From a virus (lineage: Duplodnaviria > Caudoviricetes): a stretch of DNA of 64,000 bases. Below, piece after piece: positions 1 to 9,005 of the stretch (positions are counted from its first letter, which is position 1; every line of letters begins with the position of its first letter). The notes under the pieces were generated by a model. It worked only from the letters and a program-made list of their open reading frames with translations. It had not been told where the DNA came from and did not search any database. The stretch spans positions 45,935-109,934 of the IMG/VR virus record IMGVR_UViG_3300030330_002183. The stretch is one strand, 5' to 3'. The translations under genes and the position numbers were made by a program.

Positions 1-1
1 A

Positions 2-109
2 GAGTGGTATGATGGTTTTGAAGCAACATTAAAAGAAGCTAATTACCATTATGAAAAAAAAGATTATAGTTTACCATATGAATTTGCTAAAGGTAATGTA
101 GTGTTATAG
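2..109 (+). CDS. C-terminal end of a CDS truncated by the window edge (EWYDGFEATLKEANYHYEKKDYSLPYEFAKGNVVL*), possibly a PD-(D/E)xK exonuclease
   Basis: Open frame from position 2 to TAG at 107-109, overlapping the GTG start of the next ORF. Product guess rests only on the recalled YHYExxDYSLPY tail and replication-block context. Confidence 0.5.
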   Translation, partial: EWYDGFEATLKEANYHYEKKDYSLPYEFAKGNVVL

Positions 110-672
110 TGAAAGGACTGTATAAAGAATATTTTCAAAAAAGTAAAGTCTTTCTTTATCCTTTGTTAGGTATTAAGAAAGGGGTTAGGTTTGTTCCTGT
201 ACAAACATATGTTAGCTGGGGTGATAGCTACGCTGAGTATAGGAACAAACTAATCTGTCTTTATACATTAGACAAAGATAATATTGATGAATTTGAAATA
301 TTCAGTGAAATCTATTTAGAATCTTCAGAATATTATGTTGCTAAAGATAGATTTAGCATGTATAATTTTATTTTTATTTTTGATTTAAAACCTTATAGAG
401 TTGATTACAAAAGATTTTTAAATGGTAAATATTCAAAAATGAGAAAAAAGACTAAAGAAACCATAATAGGTTTTTTTGGTGAGTATGGAAATACTGGTGA
501 ATATATAGAAAGTTATCTATATCCTGGTTACTACTGGGAAGACTATGCTATGTTATTAAATGTCAGTGAGGAAGATTTAAAAAAAGTTGGTGAGTTATGT
601 AGTAAACCAGACTTTGATAAAGAAAACCTAACTGAAGACTTGGAAATTATAAAAAAAGAATTAAATTTGTAA
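109..672 (+). CDS. Hypothetical phage protein (187 aa)
   Basis: ORF track; GTG start overlapping the upstream TAG; co-oriented in the replication block. Confidence 0.75.
   Translation: MKGLYKEYFQKSKVFLYPLLGIKKGVRFVPVQTYVSWGDSYAEYRNKLICLYTLDKDNIDEFEIFSEIYLESSEYYVAKDRFSMYNFIFIFDLKPYRVDYKRFLNGKYSKMRKKTKETIIGFFGEYGNTGEYIESYLYPGYYWEDYAMLLNVSEEDLKKVGELCSKPDFDKENLTEDLEIIKKELNL
640..669 (+). promoter_or_regulatory. Bacteroidota sigma-A-type promoter candidate (TTG-N19-TAAATTTG)
   Basis: TTG at 640-642 and TAnnTTTG at 662-669 with 19-nt spacing, 20 nt before the ATG at 689. Confidence 0.45.
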
Positions 673-688
673 AAAAAATAAAACTGAT

Positions 689-1138
689 ATGGCAAAGAAA
701 ACTAAAAAGTATGTAGAGGAAAACCCAAAGACTATGATGTTAATCAAGAGTGCATTTGGCTCTATGAAAAGTTTTAAATTGATTCCTATCCATAATGATT
801 GTCCTTATGTAGAATGTTTATTCTCACCAAGTGAAAAAATTATGGTAGTAATCTCTAAATTTATGAAGCAAAGTTATCATATGGTTCCTAGACTAGATGA
901 TAATGGAGATCAAGTTCCTGTTAAAGGAAGACCAAGACCAAACGGTAAAGATTTTAGAGAAGAAAGAAGAGCAATGGATACTTGTTCAGAGCACTATGTA
1001 GTTACTGAAGAAGAGATCAGAGAGTTAATTCAAATGTTTGCTGTAAATCCAGATGCATTTGACTTAGATGAGTTTTTCTTAGAAGAAAGTAATATAGTTG
1101 GTGGTTCAGCTGAGAAACCAATAATTGCTGCTGTATAA
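689..1138 (+). CDS. Hypothetical phage protein (149 aa)
   Basis: ORF track; A-rich leader typical of Bacteroidota; followed by a terminator. Confidence 0.8.
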   Translation: MAKKTKKYVEENPKTMMLIKSAFGSMKSFKLIPIHNDCPYVECLFSPSEKIMVVISKFMKQSYHMVPRLDDNGDQVPVKGRPRPNGKDFREERRAMDTCSEHYVVTEEEIRELIQMFAVNPDAFDLDEFFLEESNIVGGSAEKPIIAAV

Positions 1139-1157
1139 TTTATTAACCCCAAATTTG

Positions 1158-1182
1158 AGGGAGCTACGGCTCCCTTTTTTTT
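1158..1182 (+). terminator. Rho-independent terminator
   Basis: AGGGAGC-TACG-GCTCCCT hairpin followed by a T run, 20 nt after the stop of 689..1138. Confidence 0.85.
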
Positions 1183-1199
1183 GCACTAAATTTTAAAAC

Positions 1200-1349
1200 A
1201 TGACTGGATTAGCAATACTAATAGGTATTTATATAATATTTAGATTAGCAAAACATGCTCTTCATCAAGGTAGAAGAATAGAAGAACAAAAAAAGTTAAT
1301 TGAAAATATGACTAAATGGGAAGAAAAAAATAAAAAAGATAAATCATGA
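1200..1349 (+). CDS. Small membrane-anchored protein (49 aa, MTGLAILIGIYIIFRLAKH...), not in ORF track
   Basis: Hand-translated; N-terminal hydrophobic helix; stop overlaps the polB start as ATGA (translational coupling). Confidence 0.6.
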   Translation: MTGLAILIGIYIIFRLAKHALHQGRRIEEQKKLIENMTKWEEKNKKDKS

Positions 1350-3247
1350 ACCATTGGATAATGGACTATGAGACTTTGTCAAATTGTTTTGTTGGTGTAT
1401 TTAAACACTATAAAACTGATGAGACACATATATTCTCTGTATGTTCATTACAGAATGATTATGATAAGTTCATAGACTTCCTAAAACAAAATATAGAAAA
1501 TAGAGAGTGGCATATATCCTATAATGGACTAGCGTTTGATGCCCAAATAACTCACAATATAATTAAAAACCATGAAAACCTGAAGCTCATGGATGGAGAA
1601 AGCATAGCAGAAGAGATTTATACATATGCTCAATCCTGTATTGATAGATCTAATAAAAATGAGTTTCAAGAGTTTCCAGAATGGCATATGTCTATTAAAC
1701 AAATAGATGTATACAAACTTAATCATTGGGACAATATGGCTAAAAGGTCTAGTCTTAAATGGATTCAATATAGTATGGACTGGGATAATATGGTTGATAT
1801 GCCATTGCCTCATGATACAAATATAACAACTAAACAACAGCTTGATATGATTGTTGGTTATTGTATTAATGATGTTGACTCAACCAAAGAAATATTTAAT
1901 CAATGTAAACCTTTGATTGCTTTGCGTAAGAATCTGACTGATCAGTATGGTATTAATTTATACAGTGCATCAGAGCCAAGGATTAGTAAAGAGTTATTTG
2001 CATATTATCTTGGAAAAGAACTTGGTATACCTAAGTATGAATTAAAAAAACTTAGAACATATAGAAATGTTATTAAGGTAAAAGATATTATACTAGACTA
2101 TATTGAGTTTGCAACACCAGAGTTTAATAATCTTCTTGACAAATTTAAAACTGTAGAGATAAATCCAAACTTTACTAAAGGTGGATTTAAATATTCAGTT
2201 ATATACAAGGATGTTAAAACAGACTTTGGCTTGGGTGGTGCACATGGTTGTAACAAACCGGGTGTTTATGAATCAGATGAAGATAATATTATTATGTCTT
2301 CAGATGTTGCCAGTTTCTATCCTAACCTTGCAATTAAGAATAAGATTGCACCTGCACATCTAGATAAGAAAGCATTCTGTGATCTGTATGAGTGGTTCTT
2401 TACAGAAAGAAAAAAGATTCCTAAGAGTAATCCTATGAACTATGTATATAAAATTATACTTAACAGTACATATGGCCTTAGTAATGACAAAAACTCTTTC
2501 CTGTATGATCCGCAGTTTACTATGTTTATTACTATTAATGGTCAACTTACGCTGATGATGCTATATGAAATGATCTGTGAAGCTATTCCAGAAGCCATTC
2601 CATTGATGCAAAATACAGATGGTGTTGAGACAGTAATACCTAGATCTAAAAAGCAAATATACTTAGATGTATGTAAAAAGTGGGAGGAGATAACTAGTTT
2701 ATCTCTTGAGCACGGTACATATTCTAAACTTGTTCTTGCTGATGTCAATAATTATATTGCAGTAGATGAAGATGGTAAAGCTAAATGTAAGGGACGGTTT
2801 GAATTTGAAGATTTAGCTCTTCACAAAAACAAATCTAAACTAATCATTCCAAAAGCATTGTATGCATACTTTGTTGATGGAACTTTACCAGAAGAAACAC
2901 TTAAGAATAATAATAATATACTTGATTATTGTATTGGTGGTAAATCAAAAGGTAATTGGCAACAAGTTGCTAGATCTATAGAACATAACCAACCTGTAGA
3001 ATATAAACTACAGAAAATAAATAGATATTATATCTCTAACAGTGGTTGTAAAATAATCAAAGTCAATAAAAATGATAAGAGAGAAATACAACTAGAAGCA
3101 GGTAGATGGATGCAAACTATTATGAATGATATAGAGCACAAAGAATGGGCTTTATATGATATTAATGAAAAGTATTATCTAGATGCTATTGAAAGAGAAA
3201 TTAATAATATCATTGGAATACAGAGCAATCAACTCTTGTTATTCTGA
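1346..3247 (+). CDS. polB: Family B DNA polymerase (crAss-like PolB) with 3'-5' exonuclease
   Basis: Exo motifs DYET, YNGLAFD, YCINDV; polymerase motifs SDVASFYPN (A), KIILNSTYG (B), QNTDG (C). Confidence 0.95.
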   Translation: MNHWIMDYETLSNCFVGVFKHYKTDETHIFSVCSLQNDYDKFIDFLKQNIENREWHISYNGLAFDAQITHNIIKNHENLKLMDGESIAEEIYTYAQSCIDRSNKNEFQEFPEWHMSIKQIDVYKLNHWDNMAKRSSLKWIQYSMDWDNMVDMPLPHDTNITTKQQLDMIVGYCINDVDSTKEIFNQCKPLIALRKNLTDQYGINLYSASEPRISKELFAYYLGKELGIPKYELKKLRTYRNVIKVKDIILDYIEFATPEFNNLLDKFKTVEINPNFTKGGFKYSVIYKDVKTDFGLGGAHGCNKPGVYESDEDNIIMSSDVASFYPNLAIKNKIAPAHLDKKAFCDLYEWFFTERKKIPKSNPMNYVYKIILNSTYGLSNDKNSFLYDPQFTMFITINGQLTLMMLYEMICEAIPEAIPLMQNTDGVETVIPRSKKQIYLDVCKKWEEITSLSLEHGTYSKLVLADVNNYIAVDEDGKAKCKGRFEFEDLALHKNKSKLIIPKALYAYFVDGTLPEETLKNNNNILDYCIGGKSKGNWQQVARSIEHNQPVEYKLQKINRYYISNSGCKIIKVNKNDKREIQLEAGRWMQTIMNDIEHKEWALYDINEKYYLDAIEREINNIIGIQSNQLLLF

Positions 3248-3266
3248 TACAAAATCAGTATATTTG
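3236..3266 (+). promoter_or_regulatory. Bacteroidota sigma-A-type promoter candidate (TTG-N20-TATATTTG)
   Basis: TTG at 3236-3238 and TAnnTTTG at 3259-3266, 19 nt before the ATG at 3285. Confidence 0.5.
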
Positions 3267-3284
3267 AATTTAAAATTTTAAAAA

Positions 3285-4187
3285 ATGGGATACAAAAAAC
3301 CAACTAGTTGCAGTGCAGATCATCTGGCTGCAGCTAAGTTCCCAAATCATGGGAGCACATACACAGTAATACGTCACAAATTTCTTATTGATGCTAGCAG
3401 AAGCCTATTAAAAACACATGGTTTTGATATTGTCAATGAAGAGTATAAAGCTACAGGAGATTGTAATATAGCACAAGGTATTTATCATATCAAGTCACAA
3501 AAAGATCCTGAGTTAGGTATGATGTTTGCCTGGACCAATAGTTATAATAAACAAATTAGATTTCAATGTGGTATTGGAGCCTACGTATTTGTTTGTAATA
3601 ACGGAATGGTAGCAGGTGACATGTCAACCTATGCAAGAAAACATACAGGTAATGCTGACTCTGAAGCATTCAATCAAATAATGTCACAAATAAAAAATGC
3701 TAATAAGCATTATACAAAGCTTATCAATGATAAGGATTCAATGAAGAATGTTACTATGTCTAATAAAGAGCAGGCAGAACTAGTGGGACGTTTATTTATT
3801 GAGGAAGAGTTAGTAGATAGCAGTCAAGTTTCTTGCATCAAAAAAGAGATGAATAAACCATCATATCAATATGGTGTTGGACAAGACACAGCATGGGCAT
3901 TTTATAATCATGTTACACATGCATTAAAGATGTCACATCCTAGGTCATGGATGTCTGATCAACAAAAGTTTCATGAGTTTATGATTGCAGAATGTTTAAG
4001 TCAATCTACAATACAAACTACTGATACAAATAATGTTGAGTCAGACCCAATAGATCCTAATCAACTTACAATTGATCAGCAGATAGCTGAAGTAGATGCT
4101 GGAGAATATACTTCTGAACTACCAGTTGAGCCAGAAGAGGCCGGTTTTATTGAGGTTGATGAAGAAACCTTTGATTTTGAAATGTAA
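3285..4187 (+). CDS. DUF932/DUF945-like protein with acidic C-terminal tail
   Basis: TNSYNK...GAYVFVCNNGM...RKHTG and TAWAFYNHVT motifs typical of DUF932-like phage/plasmid proteins. Confidence 0.7.
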   Translation: MGYKKPTSCSADHLAAAKFPNHGSTYTVIRHKFLIDASRSLLKTHGFDIVNEEYKATGDCNIAQGIYHIKSQKDPELGMMFAWTNSYNKQIRFQCGIGAYVFVCNNGMVAGDMSTYARKHTGNADSEAFNQIMSQIKNANKHYTKLINDKDSMKNVTMSNKEQAELVGRLFIEEELVDSSQVSCIKKEMNKPSYQYGVGQDTAWAFYNHVTHALKMSHPRSWMSDQQKFHEFMIAECLSQSTIQTTDTNNVESDPIDPNQLTIDQQIAEVDAGEYTSELPVEPEEAGFIEVDEETFDFEM

Positions 4188-4204
4188 TCTGAGTCATGTC
4201 AGAC

Positions 4205-4262
4205 AGTGTTAAGAGTCTTGTATAACTTTTTATAGTATTTAGTTATACAAACTCTTTTCACT
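4205..4262. other. Long AT-rich intergenic inverted repeat/hairpin
   Basis: AAGAGT(C)TTGTATAACT at 4211-4227 pairs with AGTTATACAAACTCTT at 4241-4256; outer AGTG/CACT pairs. Confidence 0.65.
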
Positions 4263-4277
4263 TTAATATTATATTAT

Positions 4278-4664
4278 ATGAAATTAATAACAACACATCC
4301 AATTAAAAAATCTGATTTAGGTTTTCATGCTAATCTATTTGGAGGAAAACTTTTAGCTTGGTTAGACGCAGCAGGTGCAGCATATGCTATGCAAGTATGT
4401 GATACACCGCGTATGGTTACAGTAATGATAGATAAATGTATATTTAAAAAACCTGCAAAAGAAGGACAACTTATAAAAATATATGGTAAAGTTGTACATA
4501 TTGGTAATACTTCTATTACATTTTATTTAGAAGCAAGAGTGCACAATGTATATTCAGGTGATCAATCTGTTATACTATCAACTAATATAAGATTTGTTAG
4601 AATAGATGAAAACAATGATCCTATACCAATATCAGATAAAGTAAAAAAACAATATGCAATATAA
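4278..4664 (+). CDS. Acyl-CoA thioesterase, hotdog fold (YciA-like)
   Basis: DLGFHANLFGGKLLAWLD hotdog helix motif, VT..D...FKKP, GNTSI and FVRIDE..P.PI; 128 aa. Confidence 0.88.
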   Translation: MKLITTHPIKKSDLGFHANLFGGKLLAWLDAAGAAYAMQVCDTPRMVTVMIDKCIFKKPAKEGQLIKIYGKVVHIGNTSITFYLEARVHNVYSGDQSVILSTNIRFVRIDENNDPIPISDKVKKQYAI

Positions 4665-5359
4665 TGGAAATAGAAGAAATACAAGAAAAATTTATTGATA
4701 AATTAAAACCTTCAGGCTGGTATGAGACAGGTATATGGAACTTAATCCATTCTCCCCAGTTTAGAAGGCCTATAGAAACACTTATGTCAGAAGTAAGTGA
4801 TGGTAAAAAGTTTACACCTAAATTTAAAGATCTATTAAAAGCATATGAGCTATGCAATTATAATGATCTTAAGGTTGTAATTGTTGGACAAGATCCATAT
4901 CCACAGGCAGATGTTGCTGACGGAATAGCATTTAGTTGTTCTAAGACTAATAAAGAACAGCCATCATTAAGATATATTTTTGATGAACTTCAAACACAGT
5001 ATCCAGATGCAACTAGAGATTGTGATCTAAGTAGATGGTCTAAGCAAGGCGTGCTTATGTTAAATACTGCACTGACATGTGAAGTAGATAATATTGGAGC
5101 ACATGTTAAGATATGGAAAGGTTGGACAGAGTGTATATTTGCCAATGTTTTAACTGATTATCCTAAAGTTATTGACTTTGTATTTATGGGTGCTAAAGCA
5201 AAACCATTTGCAAAGATGATTTCTAATGAGCATAAAAAACATTTTGTAATTCATCCTGCAGCTGCTGCATATCGTGGTGGTAAGTGGGACAGTGATAACT
5301 TATTTAAGAAGATAAATGAAAATCTCAAAGAAAGAGGAGAAAAAGAAATCCAATGGTAA
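4664..5359 (+). CDS. ung: Uracil-DNA glycosylase, family 1
   Basis: VVIVGQDPYP catalytic motif, ADGIAFS, PSL, W..QGVLMLNTALT and HP motif. Confidence 0.95.
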   Translation: MEIEEIQEKFIDKLKPSGWYETGIWNLIHSPQFRRPIETLMSEVSDGKKFTPKFKDLLKAYELCNYNDLKVVIVGQDPYPQADVADGIAFSCSKTNKEQPSLRYIFDELQTQYPDATRDCDLSRWSKQGVLMLNTALTCEVDNIGAHVKIWKGWTECIFANVLTDYPKVIDFVFMGAKAKPFAKMISNEHKKHFVIHPAAAAYRGGKWDSDNLFKKINENLKERGEKEIQW

Positions 5360-5469
5360 GAAAAAAGTTACAAAACCTAAACCTAAAGAAAAAGAAAAAG
5401 ATAAAGGTAAAGAGTGTGACCTCATCTTCATCTATTGGCAGTAATATTGTAGTTATATGGCCAAGTTAA
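5353..5469 (+). CDS. Possible small basic protein (38 aa, MVRKKLQNLNLKKKKKIKVK...)
   Basis: Hand-translated; fills the gap between ung and the radical SAM gene and overlaps both ends; no recognizable motif. Confidence 0.3.
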   Translation: MVRKKLQNLNLKKKKKIKVKSVTSSSSIGSNIVVIWPS

Positions 5470-6296
5470 AATATCAAAAAACAAAAACTTTAGTTACTAA
5501 GACAAATAACAATAGCTCTGATTGCATTGCACCAAATATAATCTACGGATGTTTTGGTGGTTGTGTAGACACCTATTGTTATATGTCAAGGTATAATGGA
5601 CACAGAGTATTTGTCAATGAGAATGTTGACCAGATATTTAACTCTGTAGTTGAATGGGAAAAGACTTATGATAAGGTACCTAATCAACAAGATCCTGTAT
5701 ATACAATGGTAGACATTGCATGCAATTCAGACTTAGTTTTGATGCAGAAGCATGTACCAGGGACACTTCATAATTATCTTAAGATGTATGATGATCACCC
5801 ACAACTTAATAGCACTATGGCTACTAAGTATCCAGGTCTACTAAAGCTTGATGTAAATCACTTTAATAAAAGGCCACGTGTGCGTGTTAGTCTTATGCCA
5901 CAAAAGTATTCAGATGTTCTTGAGCCAAAGATGCAGAAGATACTATCTAGAATTCATGATGTCAATAGACTAAAAGATCTTGGATGGGAAGTTCATCTTA
6001 ATTATTCTCCACTTGTATTTTATCCAGGTTGGCGTGATGAGTATGATACACTATTTAAACTTGTAAAGAAATACGCAGGTGAAAATAAATGTGAAGTTAT
6101 TGCACTTACTAATCATGTAAATCAAATGAATAAAGCAAGTGAAGAGGCACGGGAATACATGAAGTATTCAAATGAAGTGAAAAATTATAGTGGAGTAATG
6201 AGATACCCACTTAGACAAAAGACAAAGTTACTTAGTGACTTTAAGAGCATCTATGGTAAATATTTTAATTTATCTACCATAAGATATATTTTTTAA
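5457..6296 (+). CDS. Spore photoproduct lyase (SplB)-like radical SAM protein
   Basis: GCFGGCVDTYCY cysteine cluster, DIACNSD, ATKY, RVRVSLMP, GWEVHLNYSP..YPGW..EY: pattern of the SplB-like family. Confidence 0.8.
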   Translation: MAKLKYQKTKTLVTKTNNNSSDCIAPNIIYGCFGGCVDTYCYMSRYNGHRVFVNENVDQIFNSVVEWEKTYDKVPNQQDPVYTMVDIACNSDLVLMQKHVPGTLHNYLKMYDDHPQLNSTMATKYPGLLKLDVNHFNKRPRVRVSLMPQKYSDVLEPKMQKILSRIHDVNRLKDLGWEVHLNYSPLVFYPGWRDEYDTLFKLVKKYAGENKCEVIALTNHVNQMNKASEEAREYMKYSNEVKNYSGVMRYPLRQKTKLLSDFKSIYGKYFNLSTIRYIF

Positions 6297-6320
6297 TTAT
6301 TAATCTTTAAATTTGTAAAC

Positions 6321-6485
6321 ATGAATGACAATTTAAAACCAATGGAAATGGAAGAGCCTAATCTTTCAAATGTAAAATTAGATCAAGAACCAAACATTGA
6401 AAATGTTAATCTTGATGAGGATAGTATTATTAGAAAACATGCAGAGACAATAGTCAACGCTGACAAGAATAATGAATCAAACTAA
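6321..6485 (+). CDS. Small acidic hypothetical protein (54 aa), not in ORF track
   Basis: Hand-translated MNDNLKPMEMEEPNLSN...NNESN*; preceded by TAAATTTG (6308-6315); overlaps the next start. Confidence 0.5.
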   Translation: MNDNLKPMEMEEPNLSNVKLDQEPNIENVNLDEDSIIRKHAETIVNADKNNESN

Positions 6486-6789
6486 TTTTAAAAAACTTTT
6501 AAAAGCTAGATTTAAAAAGATTGAGGATACTTTTACTGTCAAACAGAAAGAGTATGCTAATGACTTTGATGTATTTGAGAATATAAAAAATGGTGTTGGG
6601 GTATCTGTATTTACTACAGAACCTGAGCAAGTAGCATGGAACTATGCTGCAAAGCATCTTGAATCAATTATATCAATGTTAGAAAAGTTACCAGAAGAAG
6701 AACCTTCTGAGGAACTGATTAATGAAAAAATAGGAGATGCCATAAACTATTTAATTATTATAGAAGGGCTTTTAAAAGAAAGAAAGTAG
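6472..6789 (+). CDS. DUF1599/Nmad1-like all-alpha protein (nucleotide-modification associated)
   Basis: K.KEYA..D.F.N ... KHL ... EKIGDAINYLII pattern; located in a nucleotide-metabolism cluster. Confidence 0.6.
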   Translation: MNQTNFKKLLKARFKKIEDTFTVKQKEYANDFDVFENIKNGVGVSVFTTEPEQVAWNYAAKHLESIISMLEKLPEEEPSEELINEKIGDAINYLIIIEGLLKERK

Positions 6790-6818
6790 ATATAAAACCA
6801 ACGTTTATATTTACTGTA

Positions 6819-6862
6819 AAGGGGCTAGCAGGTTTATTCCATTTCCTGCTAGTCTTTTTTTT
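6819..6862. terminator. Rho-independent terminator between convergent gene blocks
   Basis: GGCTAGCAGG (6823-6832) pairs with CCTGCTAGTC (6845-6854), followed by a T8 run; sits at the +/- strand switch. Confidence 0.75.
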
Positions 6863-7955
6863 ATGATTTCCAGAACCTACCTGTAGTTTGTAGTCTTAGA
6901 TTGGTAATATTTCCTGATGCAGATTCTGCTGTTACAGTATATTGATAACCTATAAAAAATAAATCACCTACTGAAAGTGTTATATTAGTAGTTTGTGCAT
7001 TTATTTGCACTCTATTTGCTGTTGCATTAAAATCTATATCACCTAATATTTGTGTTGTATAATTAAAAGTACTGTCTCCAGCAGATGGACTATATCTATA
7101 TAATACAGCTTTTACTTGACCTCCAGTACCTAAAGCAGCAATAGCTGCAGCTGTCATATTAGCCATTGACAAATTATACCAACTTACTCTATCCCATGCA
7201 GATGTTGCTCTCTCAAGATTAGTTTGCCATTTAAAAGCTTCATCTGATGGATATGATCCTGGACTAACTGCAGATCCTATATTCTTACCTGTATAAAATC
7301 CTGAACCACGGTCTTCTAATATAGGAAACAAGTATGGATCTCTCATATCCCATGATGATAAAAATAAGTTATGATTATTTATTTGATGATATAGAGTAGG
7401 AACAGATGCATCTATAGTAACTTGTGTTGCACTGTTTCTTGTTAAAGTAATGTTTGTACCTTCAGTTAAATTAACTGTAGAGTCAGATCCAGAAGCAGCA
7501 TCTAAAAGTAAAGGAACATTGGAACCTGCTTTTGCACTTGCTTCTAAAGTATAAGTATCTCCGCCACCTCCAGAACAACATGTTCCATAAGCTATTGTAC
7601 AAGAAGCAAACTCATGTACAAAATCATTATCACCTTGTAAAGGAGCTACAACTTTTTTAATTACTTCATTAGAAGGATGAGTATTAAGCTCACGTATACC
7701 TTCCATTAATATTACTTGTGCTCTATCAGCAGTAATTGTTGTAGGATTAAGAGTTATTGTTATTGTATCTTTAGCATTGACATCTCTGGCACCTTTCATA
7801 TAAATAATTAACTGATTGGTACCTTTACCAAAACCTAAAATATCATTTTGACTATACAGTTGTGTTTCACTTGCTGTACCATCATAAAATGATAAAACAT
7901 AACCACCCCTAATAGGAGGCATTGCTATTTGTGGTCCTGGATTATATATAGGCAT
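6861..7955 (-). CDS. Putative virion structural/fibre-like protein (364 aa)
   Basis: Gly/Thr-rich; NLTEGTNITLTRNS fibre-type motif; beta-rich C-terminal domain; last gene of the minus-strand block. Confidence 0.5.
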   Translation of the reverse strand: MPIYNPGPQIAMPPIRGGYVLSFYDGTASETQLYSQNDILGFGKGTNQLIIYMKGARDVNAKDTITITLNPTTITADRAQVILMEGIRELNTHPSNEVIKKVVAPLQGDNDFVHEFASCTIAYGTCCSGGGGDTYTLEASAKAGSNVPLLLDAASGSDSTVNLTEGTNITLTRNSATQVTIDASVPTLYHQINNHNLFLSSWDMRDPYLFPILEDRGSGFYTGKNIGSAVSPGSYPSDEAFKWQTNLERATSAWDRVSWYNLSMANMTAAAIAALGTGGQVKAVLYRYSPSAGDSTFNYTTQILGDIDFNATANRVQINAQTTNITLSVGDLFFIGYQYTVTAESASGNITNLRLQTTGRFWKS

Positions 7956-7965
7956 ACTTATAAAA

Positions 7966-8103
7966 TTATCTGCCCTGACCTACATATTGTTTTTTATAGT
8001 TCTGAGCTCCTTTACTTTTACTAGTTTTGGTCTTAGCATGTACTCCAGGTCTTTTCTTTTTCTTATTACCTGTAAATACATATACGTTTACTTTCCTAGC
8101 CAT
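7966..8103 (-). CDS. Small basic protein (45 aa, MARKVNVYVFTGNKKRKRPGVHAKTKTSKSKGAQNYKKQYVGQGR), not in ORF track
   Basis: Hand-translated; fills the gap exactly; GVHxK...NYKK.Y.GQGR resembles small basic proteins of aquatic Bacteroidota phages (from memory). Confidence 0.75.
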   Translation of the reverse strand: MARKVNVYVFTGNKKKKRPGVHAKTKTSKSKGAQNYKKQYVGQGR

Positions 8104-8106
8104 AAT

Positions 8107-8355
8107 TTATTTTCTAGTTTTTTTAGGATCCATTGAATATCCATATCTTGCATAACCCATATTGTTACGTACTGATCTAGATAATGCTCTTAAACCAGCA
8201 CCTTCTTTACCAGGAGGTACTTCTTTAAGTTCTTTTCCTTTTTGAGCTTTATCTTTTGCTCTTCTTGCTGATGGTGCAGCTCCATAAGCTCCTCCATCTC
8301 CGTAAGTTACAAGGCCATTTTTACTTTTAAAACCTCCTTTAATGTGCATTGGCAT
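8107..8355 (-). CDS. Small basic protein with Gly-Gly-type motifs (82 aa)
   Basis: ORF track; contains IKGG, YGDGG, KAQKGKE, ARYGY; LKEVP...GL.AL...VRNNMGY segment. Confidence 0.7.
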   Translation of the reverse strand: MPMHIKGGFKSKNGLVTYGDGGAYGAAPSARRAKDKAQKGKELKEVPPGKEGAGLRALSRSVRNNMGYARYGYSMDPKKTRK

Positions 8356-8374
8356 AATTTCTAATTTTTAATAG

Positions 8375-8770
8375 TTATTTTTTTCTTATTTTCTCTACAG
8401 AACGGCCACCAAAATAAGCACCTATTACTGTTATTAATACTAGTTGCAGTAGATCAGTCCACTTCTCTTCTACAACAAAGCTTATTGCACCTGCGTCAAT
8501 AAAAATAAGTAGCATAGTGCAAACAATTAAAAATATAAGAACCATTGGTCTTACATTCTTAGATAACCAAGAGTCAGATGCCATATCAGCATTCCAACGT
8601 TCAGTTATTTGTTTATCCATCTCAGCTTCATGCTTCAGGATTAATTCTTTTAGTTTTCTTTTAGCTTCTAGCTTTTCTTCTTTGGATGTAGTTAGGTTAT
8701 CTAGAACCCCACCAACTGATTCAACCAGTTCTCCTGCACCTCCGCTAAATATTTTTCCTAGTATACTCAT
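8375..8770 (-). CDS. Holin, 3TM (GTA holin-like) family
   Basis: RW.ADM.SDSWLSKNVRP, hydrophobic helices and GAYFGGRS.EK. Start moved to MSILGKIF (8770), which removes the overlap with the upstream ORF. Confidence 0.85.
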   Translation of the reverse strand: MSILGKIFSGGAGELVESVGGVLDNLTTSKEEKLEAKRKLKELILKHEAEMDKQITERWNADMASDSWLSKNVRPMVLIFLIVCTMLLIFIDAGAISFVVEEKWTDLLQLVLITVIGAYFGGRSVEKIRKK

Positions 8771-8771
8771 A

Positions 8772-9005
8772 TTATAATACTCTATTTGGGCCCATTTCCA
8801 TTCCATATGGACAACCACATCCTTGTACTTGTCCTCCTTCAGCCTTCTTAAAACTTTTTAATGTCTTTGCTAAGTTACATCTTTGCTTTGCTAATGTAGA
8901 TGGTGGATTTTGACAATACTGAGATATACTCATACCTTTTGCTTTAGCAGCAGCGGTAAGAGATCCCGGTTTTTTTATTGCTCCTTTAATCCAGTTTTTA
9001 GACAT
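8772..9005 (-). CDS. Small basic protein (77 aa) with WIKGAIKKPG domain and KAEGG motif
   Basis: ORF track; start overlaps the upstream stop; WI..AIK.PG.L...AK...R..LA.TL pattern. Confidence 0.7.
   Translation of the reverse strand: MSKNWIKGAIKKPGSLTAAAKAKGMSISQYCQNPPSTLAKQRCNLAKTLKSFKKAEGGQVQGCGCPYGMEMGPNRVL

Noticed and set aside
8771-8818. N-terminal extension of the holin ORF (start 8818)
   Set aside because: Overlaps the upstream 77-aa gene; the downstream MSILGKIF start abuts its stop and fits the family.
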